A stretch of 64,000 bases of DNA, taken from a virus. Lineage: Duplodnaviria; Caudoviricetes. Location of the stretch: the IMG/VR virus record IMGVR_UViG_3300033068_000943, positions 29,336 to 93,335 of that record; one strand, 5' to 3'. Every line of letters begins with the position of its first letter. Positions within the stretch are counted from its first letter, which is position 1. The notes below the pieces were generated by a model. That model searched no databases. It was not told the DNA's origin and was given only the letters and a program-made list of their open reading frames with translations. Made by a program: the position numbers and the translations under genes. Shown one piece after another: positions 9,405 to 20,378 of this stretch.

Positions 9405-11604
9405 TCTCATCTCCATGTTGTCCGGCGGCGGCGCCCGCGCCCATCGCCCCAACGGGGATGCCGTATCTTTTTAAGATGTCGACAATGTCCGCATCGAAAA
9501 CAACGTAGTTCCTCGTCTTGGCCGCCGGGTCGGCGATGCCGCGAGAAACAGCGTCGTCATAGACAATGCCTGGAATACCCGCGTCCTTGATGGATGCCGA
9601 TAAATCGCCCGCGTCGCGCGCGACGCGGGGCTTGACGATATCTTGCACGCTGCGGACCATCGGCGGTCCTTCGCGCTCCAACCTTAGGGCAGATCGGCGA
9701 CGTACCGGAGACCCCGATTTGTACGAATCGGCAATCCTAGATTGCCAGTCGTGGCGCAGCTCGGCGTTTTGCTTGCCTATTATGGGCGCCAACGGCTCTA
9801 TGAATTGCGGCTGATCCCGCAACGGCTTGTCCCAATCAATGAATCTATCCTTGTCTGCCGCTATGTTCACTTCGTACACGAACGGGTCTCTTGGCTTCGC
9901 CCCGGCGTCCCGAAGCTCTTTAAGCCGAGCAAGCGTTTGCTCAAGAATTTCCTTGTCGCCCCATCCACCCCCGATCTGAAACTCGGTCAACGGCTCTTCT
10001 TGACGAAGAATGTTCGCCAATCTGAATATCGGCTCGGACATGCCGCGTTCATTCGCACCCGCCGCAAAAATGCGTGCCCGATCTTCTGCTGGCATGCCCG
10101 GCCGCAGCCTAGCCACGCCGCCACTTTGATCGTCAACAGGAAGCGGCAGGACCGTCCCATCGTCTAATTCAAGGTATCGTGGGTCGTGCTGAAAATTCCT
10201 GTAGTATTGCCCCCCCTTGCCGCTCACTGCTGGGCTCTCCGCAAAGTATGCCCCGTCTCCATACGCCTGCGCGCCTTCCCCGGTCTTCCGCTTGGACAGG
10301 TCAAACTTGTCGAACTTGTGTGGAGACACGTGGAACGCCTTGATGCCGGGTCGAACACCAAACGGCAACGACATTGCCATCGAAAGCGCGCCGTAGCCGA
10401 TTTTTTCAGGGTCGCCGAAGCCAACGCCCTGCGAGGCCATGCTGTAGCCTTGCGTGAATTGGGCGGGCAGATTCAGCGGGTTTTCAGGACCGACAAGATG
10501 CTTCACGGATGCGAAGTCGCGCGCGTTCGCGTTCGGCCCGTAGGCAACGTCCGTCAACTTCGATGCAACGTCGTCGTACCATGGGAAGTCGTATGGCTTC
10601 GCCTCGGGGAGAGGAGGACGCGAATCGTAAGGCGAGCGCGCGTTCATGTCGGAGCGCCAGTCGGCAACAGCGCCACCTTCGGCAAATCCGTCGTCAATGT
10701 TGTCCCACATGGCACTCATGCGTTTTGCCTTCTCGTCAAGCGCATGAAACTGAGCTTGCTCTCCCGGGGGCGCTTTCGCTAGATTGCCGCCGTACTTGTT
10801 GACGATGGCCCTTTGCTGGTCTCTGATGGCTATTACATCGTAGATAGAGCGCATCTCCAATGCACCGTCGCCAACCTTTGCCAGATTGCTCGGAGGACGA
10901 GACGCCTCGTCAACACGGGACAGCATACGCGAGAGCGTTTCATCGCGGTCTGGTCTGGCGCCGGGCCTTGCGCCGCCACCATTGATCACGTCGAACGGAC
11001 GATGAAAGCTCTGACGGTCGTTAATGTTTGCAGGAACTCCGCGGTCAAACCCTGCGCGCAACCCGCCAACTTCCATGCTGAGACGGTCGCGCTCGTTGGC
11101 TAAAACGCCAAGCCGCGGGTTCACCATGGCAGACGTGCGCGCCCGCAGAATTGCCGGCAGATCATCCGGATACATGGCTTCGAGAGATGCTGCCCGTTGG
11201 CCCTGCGTTAGCGGCGGCAAAAACGCCCGCGCCGCGCCCCCTCCAAACCGGGCCAGCGCGTTCAGAATGGCGGCATTACCAGCCGCTTCACTGGGCTTTC
11301 CTTCGTGCAAAGGACGCCCCACCGATGCCGCCGCATCAACGAACCCAACCGGAGGCAGCCACGGGGCTGCGCTGCCGATCTTGTTTCCGTAGTGCATGGC
11401 ATCGCGTGGCGATGCGCCGAGCGCTGCAAGTGCGTCATGCGCCATGGGACCGATATTGTCGGATGGATAGCGGGGAGCGGTTGCCCGTGCTTCCGGTAGC
11501 GACCCTCGCAAGTCGCCCGGCGCCGGAGCGTTCATGTCCGAACGCCAGCGCCAATCTTCACTCGACCCGTACTTGTTGAGGATTTTATCAAGATCGTCAG
11601 CCAT
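9394..11604 (-). CDS. Large virion/ejection protein with ART-PolyVal-like domain
   Basis: FHVSPHKFDKFDLSK..TGEGAQAYGDGAYFAE..YEVNI..GIPGIVY..NYVVFD. Confidence 0.6.
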   Translation of the reverse strand: MADDLDKILNKYGSSEDWRWRSDMNAPAPGDLRGSLPEARATAPRYPSDNIGPMAHDALAALGASPRDAMHYGNKIGSAAPWLPPVGFVDAAASVGRPLHEGKPSEAAGNAAILNALARFGGGAARAFLPPLTQGQRAASLEAMYPDDLPAILRARTSAMVNPRLGVLANERDRLSMEVGGLRAGFDRGVPANINDRQSFHRPFDVINGGGARPGARPDRDETLSRMLSRVDEASRPPSNLAKVGDGALEMRSIYDVIAIRDQQRAIVNKYGGNLAKAPPGEQAQFHALDEKAKRMSAMWDNIDDGFAEGGAVADWRSDMNARSPYDSRPPLPEAKPYDFPWYDDVASKLTDVAYGPNANARDFASVKHLVGPENPLNLPAQFTQGYSMASQGVGFGDPEKIGYGALSMAMSLPFGVRPGIKAFHVSPHKFDKFDLSKRKTGEGAQAYGDGAYFAESPAVSGKGGQYYRNFQHDPRYLELDDGTVLPLPVDDQSGGVARLRPGMPAEDRARIFAAGANERGMSEPIFRLANILRQEEPLTEFQIGGGWGDKEILEQTLARLKELRDAGAKPRDPFVYEVNIAADKDRFIDWDKPLRDQPQFIEPLAPIIGKQNAELRHDWQSRIADSYKSGSPVRRRSALRLEREGPPMVRSVQDIVKPRVARDAGDLSASIKDAGIPGIVYDDAVSRGIADPAAKTRNYVVFDADIVDILKRYGIPVGAMGAGAAAGQHGDENGG

Positions 11605-11613
11605 GCCACCCCC

Positions 11614-14103
11614 TCACTGCACATAGCCGCCTTGGTCGCGTCGCTCTTGCAGAGCCCGCGCGATCTCAAGGGCCAACCGGACGCTCCAATCCGACACCGC
11701 TTCCGGCTGCGGCATCTCGCCGACGACACCTCCCGCCGCAAGCCCCCCGCCGTTGGATTTCGCCGGACTCAAAAACGGCGCCATCTGTTCGATTTGCTGG
11801 TCAACAAGCGGATCACTCAGCGGATGCACCGCCGTCGCTTGCGCCACCTTCAGCGCTTCAACCGACAGCTTGTTCTCCCGCTCCGCTTGAGCGTTGTGCA
11901 TCTTGAAGTGTTGTTCCTGCTCCTTGATGTCCAAGCCGCGATGCTTGATCTGCAATTCAGCGACCGCCATCGGGTCGACTTGATCTGGCATCTCCGGGTC
12001 GCCCGGCTTGTTGTCCGCCGCGTGCTTGGCCGCAATCCGAAGGCTTTCGATGCTCTCCTTGCTCTGCCGGTCCTTTTCGGCATTCTGCGCCTGCATCGCG
12101 ACCTGCTGCTCTTTGATGCCAATTTCCTTGGCCTTGAGCATGAGTGTCGCTTGCGTGATCGGATCGATTTGCGGCGGCCCCATCTGGGGAGGCGCCAGCA
12201 GGGATTGAAAGTCTGCGTCCGACATTTTGAAGACCTGCTTCACGACATGCCGGTCCACCTTGCTCATGTCATACATCGGGTTGCCCATCGCCATCTGCCG
12301 CAATCCCATCGCCATCAGGTTGCGGTGCATGTCGGACGGGACGTTGGGATCGGCGCACGGAACGATGTCGCAGTCATCGAGCGCACGCTTGAACTTATCC
12401 AGACGGGCTTGGCGCGCGGCATCGTCGGCCGCATTCCCCATCGCCGGGCGGCGGTTGCCGCGCCACAGCGCCTCGGGGTCTTCCCGGAACAGTTCGACAA
12501 GCAACCGAAATTCTTCGGACTGCGCCGCGTGCAACGCCTTATGCACGGAGCCTTCGATCTTGGTCGCTTGCTCGATCAGGGCGAGCGTGGTGCCAACGGG
12601 CGCGTCCTGCTTACCTTCACCAACCGGCATGTCGGCCGTGCCACCAAGGCGCTGCGCCACCGCCCGCGTCTGCTCCATGAGCTGAATCACAGCGGGGCTC
12701 ACGTCCTTGAACGGCATGCCCATCACGACTTGCTGGATCGGCATGCCGTCCGTATCGATCTCGGCTACACCACCCGGGGGCACCATGATCTCGTTGCTCA
12801 TCTGGCGCCCGGTGCCCTTGGCCTTGAGCAACCCCGGGTAGTTGGCCATCATGCCGCCGTCGATCGAGATGCGCATCAGCGCCGTCAGCGCCGACGCCAT
12901 GTTGCCGAGCATCTGGCCGAGCCCGGACCCATAAATGCGGCTGACCCCCGTCGAGTAGGGATAGAGCACGAACGGGATCATGGGCGGGCGGTAAATCTCG
13001 TCGTCGTCCTCGATCCGCCAGTTGCGGCGGACCTCAAGAACCTGCCGCGTCGACTCCTCGATCGTCACCCGATAGGGCAGCGGCAGCCCCGAAACCTTCC
13101 CGTCAGCTTTGTGCTCAAACCCCTTGATATCCAACTTACAATAGCACTCGTAGACAGTGAATTCCTGATCCTCGATGCGCTGCGATTGCGGCGCCTTGCC
13201 ATCGACGGATGCCAGCTTCTCCTTGAGCGGGCCAAGCACGCTTTGTATCGGCTCACCGAGCATGACGTCACGATAGACGCCTTCGAGCTGCATCGCGCGC
13301 AGAATGTCCTTAGGCATCGACACTTGGTGCGTCACGCGGGGTGCGTTCTTGAGATCGGTTGCCGACGCCGGCACGATCAAATCGGTGCCATCCACGAATT
13401 CTGAGACGGGCCGCTGGCGCAGCGGACAGCGGTAGACCTTCTTGAACGTCCCCGATGCGAGCCCGGTCCAGAACAGCATGTAGCGCGTGTCGGGATAGTA
13501 TTCTGATGCCGTCGTTGTCAGGTAGTAGTTCAGGTCTTTTTCGAGCGCTTCGGCAAGCTCGTTCGATCCCGTCTTGTTGTCGGCGTAGTTGACCACCTTG
13601 ACCGGCCCCGACGCCGGACACAACTCGGCATAAGCGGTCGCTCGGAACCGCTCGACCGCCTCCAGAAGGATTGGATCACGAACCACGGACGTTGAAACGC
13701 CAATGGCCGAGCGGGACACGTCCGACTTCGGGTCATCGAGCTTCATGCCAAGCAGCTCGACCGCCTTGGCGCGCATGGTCTCCCATTGCGAGCGGTCTTG
13801 CTTGTCCGCGTCGATCGCCACCAGAAGCTCTTCCGCGATGCGCGACAATTCCAGCAGATCGATCTTGCCGGCAAGGTTGTCGAAGTGATCGCCGCTCTCG
13901 TCTTCGCTCGCGTCGGCCCGCAACGTGGCGCCGGTCGGGTCAATCAGGATGGAACCGTCGTCGTTGGTGATTTCAACGGCCCCGGTTTCCGGATTGATCG
14001 TGATGTTATCGTTATCCGGCTCCGGTTCTGCCGGAATCTCGATCAGGCCAGGATCGGCATCGAGTGCCCCCGCCGCTTGAGATGTCGCCTTGCGCTTTGC
14101 CAT
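11614..14103 (-). CDS. Portal protein (P22-like)
   Basis: About 830 aa; HFDNLA, LPLPYRVT, YGSGLG and APVGTTLALIEQ motifs; downstream of the terminase. Confidence 0.85.
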   Translation of the reverse strand: MAKRKATSQAAGALDADPGLIEIPAEPEPDNDNITINPETGAVEITNDDGSILIDPTGATLRADASEDESGDHFDNLAGKIDLLELSRIAEELLVAIDADKQDRSQWETMRAKAVELLGMKLDDPKSDVSRSAIGVSTSVVRDPILLEAVERFRATAYAELCPASGPVKVVNYADNKTGSNELAEALEKDLNYYLTTTASEYYPDTRYMLFWTGLASGTFKKVYRCPLRQRPVSEFVDGTDLIVPASATDLKNAPRVTHQVSMPKDILRAMQLEGVYRDVMLGEPIQSVLGPLKEKLASVDGKAPQSQRIEDQEFTVYECYCKLDIKGFEHKADGKVSGLPLPYRVTIEESTRQVLEVRRNWRIEDDDEIYRPPMIPFVLYPYSTGVSRIYGSGLGQMLGNMASALTALMRISIDGGMMANYPGLLKAKGTGRQMSNEIMVPPGGVAEIDTDGMPIQQVVMGMPFKDVSPAVIQLMEQTRAVAQRLGGTADMPVGEGKQDAPVGTTLALIEQATKIEGSVHKALHAAQSEEFRLLVELFREDPEALWRGNRRPAMGNAADDAARQARLDKFKRALDDCDIVPCADPNVPSDMHRNLMAMGLRQMAMGNPMYDMSKVDRHVVKQVFKMSDADFQSLLAPPQMGPPQIDPITQATLMLKAKEIGIKEQQVAMQAQNAEKDRQSKESIESLRIAAKHAADNKPGDPEMPDQVDPMAVAELQIKHRGLDIKEQEQHFKMHNAQAERENKLSVEALKVAQATAVHPLSDPLVDQQIEQMAPFLSPAKSNGGGLAAGGVVGEMPQPEAVSDWSVRLALEIARALQERRDQGGYVQ

Positions 14104-14312
14104 GATATGCCCGGTCGGAGTGGCGCGAATGATTGAACGCGGCACATTCAACGCGGAAAGGTGGCGGCTCCGCCATCAGCAACGGAGCCGCCACGAGTGA
14201 CCGCCGGGCTTGGTGCGTGCGGAAGCCCAACGATCCAACGGCACGCCCGGGCAGCGATACCGTCCCCTTGCACTGCAGGAAAAATCAAGCCCGATTCGCA
14301 GGGCGCACGCAA

Positions 14313-14567
14313 TCAATTCGCGCGCGGCTCCTCCCCGGCCGCGCCATTCTCGGCATGCCGCGCAACGGCGGCCTGGACGCTCTGGAGAGCGTCAAGAAGC
14401 GTGAAGGCGTGCGCCAGATGCCGGCGCGCGAGCGCGGCATCGATCGCCATGGCTGGCGCGTTCTGAATGTGCACCACCAGCTCCATCAGATTGCGGTGGA
14501 TGGCGCCCGCGACGTCGGATGGCGTCGGTACGTAGGGCATGGAGTCGTCTTGGGGTTCGGCTGTCAT
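14313..14567 (-). CDS. Hypothetical protein
   Basis: 84-aa ORF collinear with the operon. Confidence 0.45.
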   Translation of the reverse strand: MTAEPQDDSMPYVPTPSDVAGAIHRNLMELVVHIQNAPAMAIDAALARRHLAHAFTLLDALQSVQAAVARHAENGAAGEEPRAN

Positions 14568-14735
14568 TCGGGAGCATCCTGCTCAACGCGCACGGATGCC
14601 GATGGCAATTAGCCGATTTGGTGCTGGAGTGCACGGCTTTACGGGAGTTCCGCGCTCCACCGTAGTCGGCTGCGTGGCAACAACCGCACGGTGGAGCGCG
14701 GGGCGGCGCCGCAAGGTCTCGCGTGCCCAAGAGCC

Positions 14736-16466
14736 TTATACTGGATACAGCGGATCGCGTCGAGCGCCCTTGTGCTGCTGCCGGTCGCGCTCGGCCGCCG
14801 CCGCATCCTCTTTTCGGATGGCAAGCCCTCGATCTCGCAGGAATTTCAACGCCATCGTGATGCTGTCCACGATGTCGTCGTGCGCCGCCCTTGGAAACGA
14901 CGACATGACGCGCATCGCGTCGTCTGCGTAATCCAAGAATTGCACGTTACCGTCGTCAGTTACCTCGGCCGGCGCGTAGATCATGCCATCCGTAAACAGG
15001 TCGACCACCGCATGCGCTCGCGCCCACTTGTCGCCTCTGATGTCGATCGCCTGGACGCCGTAGTCGCGTCCGGCGAATAACCTCTTGAGCGTCCGAATGA
15101 CGTCCGGCGCGCGCGTCTTGTTCTCGACGATTAGTTGGTTGACCCGGCGGCGCTGACACGAGTAGTGCACCCACTCGACGAGTCCCCACCTCTCCTTGGC
15201 GCGGCGCTGGTAGACCGCTTCGCTCTCGCCGGGCCGCTTTTCGATCTCCCCTGACGACAGTTCAGCGAGGCGTTTTTGCCAAGCGTCGACGAGCAAGATG
15301 CGCCGCTGCTTGCTGTGCGGATCTTCGTACACCACCCAGATCGTGAGCGCCGAATAGTCGTTTTCCTCTTTTTCGCTGAAGGCCGTATCGAGCGATGCCA
15401 GCACGTAGATCGGCTTGACCTCCGGGCGGAACCGGATTGCCCCGCCGGCCCGCTCGATCTCATGCACCTGCCACCAGTCGTCCTTGAAGATGCCGCCGCC
15501 GCGCGGCGTCGGGTTCTGCTGATACTGACCCGCCCACAGATATTGATACGCCCGGAAGGACGCGAGGGCTTGTGGGCTGAACCGCTCCGGCCACGCCAAC
15601 TCGCCATCGAACTCGCGCGGATCAAGCCCTCCGTTCCATCCCGTATAGTGCGAGAAGTGCCTATTCGATTCGAACTCCATCGGGATCACGAGGTGGCAAT
15701 ACTCGTTGCCCAGATGCTTGGCCACAACGCCCGATGTGTCGTCCTCATGGACGCGCTGCATGATGATGACGATGGCGTCCCGCTCGATATCGTTGAGGCG
15801 GTTCTGCATGCCTTCGCGCACCCAGTTGGTGACGCTCGCACGGGCTTCGGCGCTTTCCTGCGTCCCCTTGATCTTGTGCGGATCATCGAGAATGACGCGA
15901 TGGCCGCGCTCGCCCGTGCCGACGCCTCCGAACGAGGTTGCGAACTTGTATCCGGTCTTGTTGTTGGTGACGCGGATCTTGCCGTCCCCGACGACATCGA
16001 AAACGTGCCCCCATAGCGCCCGATAATCCGCCGATGTAATCAGGTCGCGGAATTTGGCGTTGTCGCGCTGCGTGAGTTCCGGGGAGTAGGAGAATGTCAC
16101 CGTGCGCAGATGTGGCATACCGCGCGGCCCCCACTCCCACGCCGGCCAAAAGACGTTTGTGGTCAGCGACTTCATGAATCCAGGCGGAACATTGGCAAGC
16201 AATCTGTTTAGCCGCTTTTTTCGCCCGTTTATCTCGACAGCATCGTCATTCGTGATCGCCTCAAGATGCGCGCACAGACATGCGAGCGGCCACCCCTCGA
16301 CGAATGGGTCAACAGGCTCAAGGACGTGCCAGAAATACCGGATGAACGCCATCAGGCCGCCGCGCGGCTCGGACTGGCGACGCCGCTCGGCTCGCATGGC
16401 GCGCTCACGCAGTGCGCGCGCCAGCGCAACGCGGCTTTCGCGGTCGACAACCTCGTCGTCGCTCAT
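14736..16466 (-). CDS. terL: Terminase large subunit
   Basis: Walker A NVPPGFMKS, Walker B IILDDPH, MQRVHEDD, GQYQQNP; nuclease motifs SLDTA..NDYSA and HDDIVDS. Confidence 0.95.
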   Translation of the reverse strand: MSDDEVVDRESRVALARALRERAMRAERRRQSEPRGGLMAFIRYFWHVLEPVDPFVEGWPLACLCAHLEAITNDDAVEINGRKKRLNRLLANVPPGFMKSLTTNVFWPAWEWGPRGMPHLRTVTFSYSPELTQRDNAKFRDLITSADYRALWGHVFDVVGDGKIRVTNNKTGYKFATSFGGVGTGERGHRVILDDPHKIKGTQESAEARASVTNWVREGMQNRLNDIERDAIVIIMQRVHEDDTSGVVAKHLGNEYCHLVIPMEFESNRHFSHYTGWNGGLDPREFDGELAWPERFSPQALASFRAYQYLWAGQYQQNPTPRGGGIFKDDWWQVHEIERAGGAIRFRPEVKPIYVLASLDTAFSEKEENDYSALTIWVVYEDPHSKQRRILLVDAWQKRLAELSSGEIEKRPGESEAVYQRRAKERWGLVEWVHYSCQRRRVNQLIVENKTRAPDVIRTLKRLFAGRDYGVQAIDIRGDKWARAHAVVDLFTDGMIYAPAEVTDDGNVQFLDYADDAMRVMSSFPRAAHDDIVDSITMALKFLRDRGLAIRKEDAAAAERDRQQHKGARRDPLYPV

Positions 16467-16669
16467 TCCGCGCCCGGCTTATGCGTCCAGTTTGAGCACA
16501 CCGTCAGGTCAGACGTGTGAATGGCCTGCGTGCCGGGCGGAATGACGGGGTCGGCGCAAACGCCGAACGCCGCGACATTATCCTCCACGACGTTGGCAAG
16601 CCGCCGCCAATTCGCGCACGTTTCGCAGCGCCGCGACCATACGTTTCCGGAAAAGCTAGGATTTGCCAT
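16463..16669 (-). CDS. Small 4-Cys protein
   Basis: CETCANW..GVC..CSNW; ATGA-coupled to terL. Confidence 0.55.
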   Translation of the reverse strand: MANPSFSGNVWSRRCETCANWRRLANVVEDNVAAFGVCADPVIPPGTQAIHTSDLTVCSNWTHKPGAE

Positions 16670-17285
16670 CGTCGTCCCGAGCGGCCAGTCGTTGCAAGAC
16701 GATGGAGATCAGGCGCAGCCGATCGCCCATCGAAAGGGGACGCAACGCCACCCAAAGAACTCGCGCGATCTCGCGCTCTTGATCGGTCAGATCGTCATGA
16801 TCCGCGCGCACGCCCGTCCAGCGCCTCAATCAGTGCCGCGTCGATGGATGCGGCCAGAATACGCAGATGATCGGTTGTGTGGATCACGCGGGCATTGACC
16901 CATGCACCGAGCCAGTCACGCACGATGCGCTCGCCTACGGTCATCTCCGGCGCAACGCCACAATCGCATGGCGCCGCGGGATAAGCCGGCGGCCCATGCA
17001 GGGCGCAATCGGAAGCGTGGAAGTCAGTCTTTGGCGCGGTCATCAAGCGTTCCATCCTCGTAGCGCTGTTCGAGGCGCCGAAGGCGGCGATGATTGTTGA
17101 TCCGCGCGGCTCGATCCTCACGCTCCAAAGCCGCCTGCCGGCGGCGGGCGATTTCGCGCGGATGGTTCTTCATGCCGCGCTTGATCGTCTCGTCGAGCCG
17201 GCGAATGTCGGCGCGCTTCAGAGGGCTCACCTCTTGTCGCGCCAGCACCGCCAGCAATTCAGGGGATGGCTTTGCCATGGGCGAA

Positions 17286-17939
17286 TCAATGCCGAGTGGA
17301 CGATCCTTTGCCCTTAGCAGGGCTGGCCGCCTTCATCAACTGTTTGGCTTCCTCGTGGATGTACTGATCCAACTCGGCATCGGTCATCGCATCGAAGTCA
17401 CCGGGGCCGCCTTGCTCGACCCGCTGCACCGCTTCACGCCACTCTTGCGGGCGCCGGTTCATAAGCCACAATTTAGCTGCGGCCACATCCGGAGGAACAT
17501 GCTCGACCACGCGGGCGCGCACGATCTCGCCCTTATACATGAACACCCGCTCGGTGTTGTAGCTGTATCCTACGGCGCGCTGTGCAATAGACCGCTCAAC
17601 CCTATCATCGAAATGACCTTTTTTGATCTTAAGGGCCTTGCTAAAGTCTTCATGCGCACAAGACCACCGCCATATGGTCACGGTTGTTACGCCGAATTCT
17701 TCGGCCAGCTCTGCGTCTGTTGCGCCACGCCGACAAAGTGCAGCAGCAACGAGTGCATATTCTGGTTTGTACTTTGTTGGCCTCCCCATCTTGGCCTTGA
17801 TTTCTTCGGCCGTGGCGATGACGGGATCGATGTCTACTTTCGTAGTTTTGGGTTCCTCGCCTTTTGTACGGGCTTCGGCCCTATCGGCGGCGGCCTTGAT
17901 GTCGCCTTTGTGGGTGCGTCGGGACGGTCTGCGAGCCAT
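17286..17939 (-). CDS. terS: Terminase small subunit
   Basis: GRPTKYKPEY, HTH (GATDAELAEEFGV), RAVGY..PPDVAAAKLWLMNRRPQEWR. Confidence 0.85.
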   Translation of the reverse strand: MARRPSRRTHKGDIKAAADRAEARTKGEEPKTTKVDIDPVIATAEEIKAKMGRPTKYKPEYALVAAALCRRGATDAELAEEFGVTTVTIWRWSCAHEDFSKALKIKKGHFDDRVERSIAQRAVGYSYNTERVFMYKGEIVRARVVEHVPPDVAAAKLWLMNRRPQEWREAVQRVEQGGPGDFDAMTDAELDQYIHEEAKQLMKAASPAKGKGSSTRH

Positions 17940-17996
17940 GGTCGTTCGGGCAACGGCGCCCTTCTCCTTTCTGCGTTTCCGGGATGCGTTTTACGC

Positions 17997-18026
17997 AAAT
18001 AAAAACCCCGCCTGAGGGGCGGGGTC
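17997..18026 (-). terminator. Rho-independent terminator
   Basis: Minus strand GACCCCGCC-CCTCA-GGCGGGGT followed by TTTTATTT. Confidence 0.75.
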
Positions 18027-18055
18027 TGGAAGCTTTCATTGTGCGTCGGATCGTA

Positions 18056-18478
18056 TCAGACCATCACGATGGTCCCGGCCCTCGGGGCAGCGATGACACG
18101 GCCTGACCGATCGACGTACTCGATGGCGCCATCCGAGCGCGTTCGCGCGTAGACGGTGTTGCCGGTCGACACCGTTGTTACAGCGGCGCACGTCGCTGGG
18201 TTCGAATGCGTGGCTTTCCACGCATTGCCCTGCTCCTTGTAGAGAGCTTCCCCAAAAGAGTTCGACATGAACCAGCGCTTGGCTTCGGAGCAATCACGCT
18301 GTTTAGCGGCATCGCTGAGAATGTTGGTTGCGTCCTGTGCGGTCGCCGGCCGCGTTTCGAGGGCGAGCACCTTGCGCACCTCATCCTCGATGGCGGAGGC
18401 GTGTAACACGCGCCCGTCCTGCTCGGCGCGATCCATCACGGCTTTGCGTATTTTCTCGGCAACAGCATTGATATCCAT
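18056..18478 (-). CDS. Hypothetical protein
   Basis: MDINAVAEK start with AAAGGGA SD; ends before the terminator. Confidence 0.55.
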   Translation of the reverse strand: MDINAVAEKIRKAVMDRAEQDGRVLHASAIEDEVRKVLALETRPATAQDATNILSDAAKQRDCSEAKRWFMSNSFGEALYKEQGNAWKATHSNPATCAAVTTVSTGNTVYARTRSDGAIEYVDRSGRVIAAPRAGTIVMV

Positions 18479-18974
18479 AAGTGTGGTCCCTTTGCTTGTG
18501 GTCGTCGGGATGCGCGGTCTGTGTAGCGTGTCAGATTCGGCCTTGGTGTTCGAGAGAAACGGGCGGCCCCACGACGGGAGGCCGCCCACGCTGGCTGGCC
18601 TGCGGGATCAGTGGCGCTCTGGCCACCGATCGTGGGGCGCGTTGTAATCGCGCCGCGGCCATCTGGCCGGCTTCGCGGTGCATGGGAGCAGAGCGGATGC
18701 AGCAGGCATGGGAATCCCCAGGATAGAGGGAGCGCAGCGTTGGTGGCCGTCTCGCCCATGTGGGCGTCCGCGCACGCTTATCATCGGTGTGGTGAGGTGC
18801 CGAGCCGATGGGTGAGTCGACCTAAAAACGGAAAAGGCGCAAGTGCGGATGTGCACGTGCGCCTCTGCCATTCTCGGCTTCTCCATAGCACGGGCGTGGG
18901 AACTCTTGTATGTGGCAAGTTGTCGCATATGTCGTTGGTATAATTATTCCGACCCGCATCGGCCGTCCCCACAT

Positions 18975-19598
18975 CTAATGCTTCACCGCGTTTTTCGCAG
19001 CAAACTCATCGAAGGGGACCAGTTTGGCATCCATCCCGCCAAGAATTCTCTCGATCATCTCGCGCATGCTGTCTGGAACGGGCGGCAGCCATTTGGGCGG
19101 CAACAGAAGCGCAAAGCGCCCGGAAATCTCGCCGACATCCCACACCAGATCATCGACACGAAGCGGGTCGCGATGGATCATCGCTCGCCCCATAGCCTTG
19201 CTGTCCACCCAATCCCCGCTCTCGCCCTTGCTGCGCTGCACCACCAAAACAAGCAACGCCTCCTTGCGGTTCGGATCTTCGGACGGCGCCGAACCGTTCT
19301 CAGCCGAGTATTTCATGCTGTTGGACACCCACACCTCGCTCACTATGGCGTACCTCGCGACGCTCCAGCATGCAAAAAGAAGCTGGAAATACTTCACCAG
19401 CGTTGCTTCCTGATCTGGATCGCCGGTCGGGGCCGCGATGATGTTGACCTCGCCCGTGTCATCGCGGGGCACAAAAAAAATTCGCGGCACATCCTTGCCC
19501 TGCACCAACTGCTGCCGCGCGAAGTTCAGGGCATTGAGCGCGAGAGCCTTGATGTCGGCGTTCTTGCTGGGCGCGCCGCGTTCCGCTTGATCGGTCAT
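18975..19598 (-). CDS. Hypothetical protein
   Basis: Strong SD (AAGGAGA); globular-looking sequence. Confidence 0.6.
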   Translation of the reverse strand: MTDQAERGAPSKNADIKALALNALNFARQQLVQGKDVPRIFFVPRDDTGEVNIIAAPTGDPDQEATLVKYFQLLFACWSVARYAIVSEVWVSNSMKYSAENGSAPSEDPNRKEALLVLVVQRSKGESGDWVDSKAMGRAMIHRDPLRVDDLVWDVGEISGRFALLLPPKWLPPVPDSMREMIERILGGMDAKLVPFDEFAAKNAVKH

Positions 19599-20011
19599 GC
19601 CGGATCTCCTTCCCACATATCGAACCGCCATGAGTCCACGGCGAACTCCAGCCACGCCTCGACCCCATCACCCTGAGCGACGCACATCACCACCATGTCG
19701 ACCCGCTCCATTATTCCTCCGTCGCGGCCTTGCTGCACAATCTTAGACGTTGCATCCGGGGTCATCGCCTCCGTCACAATGCCGAGACATCCGGGTTGGG
19801 GCCACTTGTAGATCGCGCATCCCTTGCGCTGCACGACGAGATCGCCGACCTTGAACGGATTGGGCCGCTTCAATGTCGGCAGCATGTCCAGAAGGACGCG
19901 GGCCTGGACATCCAGGGGGCGCGTAGACGTGGCTGCGCCTGAGTCCTCATCGGATTCGTTGTTGGCCATCATTCTCTCGAACAATTTTTGCAGATCGTTG
20001 TGACGCACCAT
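19595..20011 (-). CDS. Hypothetical protein (FKVGDLV motif)
   Basis: ATGA-coupled to the downstream ORF. Confidence 0.55.
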   Translation of the reverse strand: MVRHNDLQKLFERMMANNESDEDSGAATSTRPLDVQARVLLDMLPTLKRPNPFKVGDLVVQRKGCAIYKWPQPGCLGIVTEAMTPDATSKIVQQGRDGGIMERVDMVVMCVAQGDGVEAWLEFAVDSWRFDMWEGDPA

Positions 20012-20378
20012 GCTTCTTCCTTTCCATCCATCGTCCGTCGATAACATCACGCCTGCACCACTCCAAACGCCCGATAAACGGCTTGAAGTTCATCAAGTCG
20101 CCTGATGCTCCCGTTTCTCTGGGGTCGCTCAGCGTCAGCCGTGCACCGCAAATCGCCGTGGTCCCCAATCCCCGTGACCGCCCCATCACAAAACCAGATG
20201 CGAGGACGCGGCTGACGCGCGAGCCACGCCAGGGCAGGACCATCCACGACGTTACCCGAGCCGTGGCGGCCTCGAAGAGCGTACCCCTTTGCCATAAGTC
20301 TCCCGTTTCGAATTTTGGGAGCACCGGGCCGGCACAAGCGAACCATGCTCACACCAGCCTGGCACCCGGGGAACGCCG

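Noticed and set aside
11632-13404. Long plus-strand ORFs antisense to portal, capsid and other genes (also 2527-4095, 20955-22085)
   Set aside because: Typical antisense shadows of high-GC coding sequence; no motifs.
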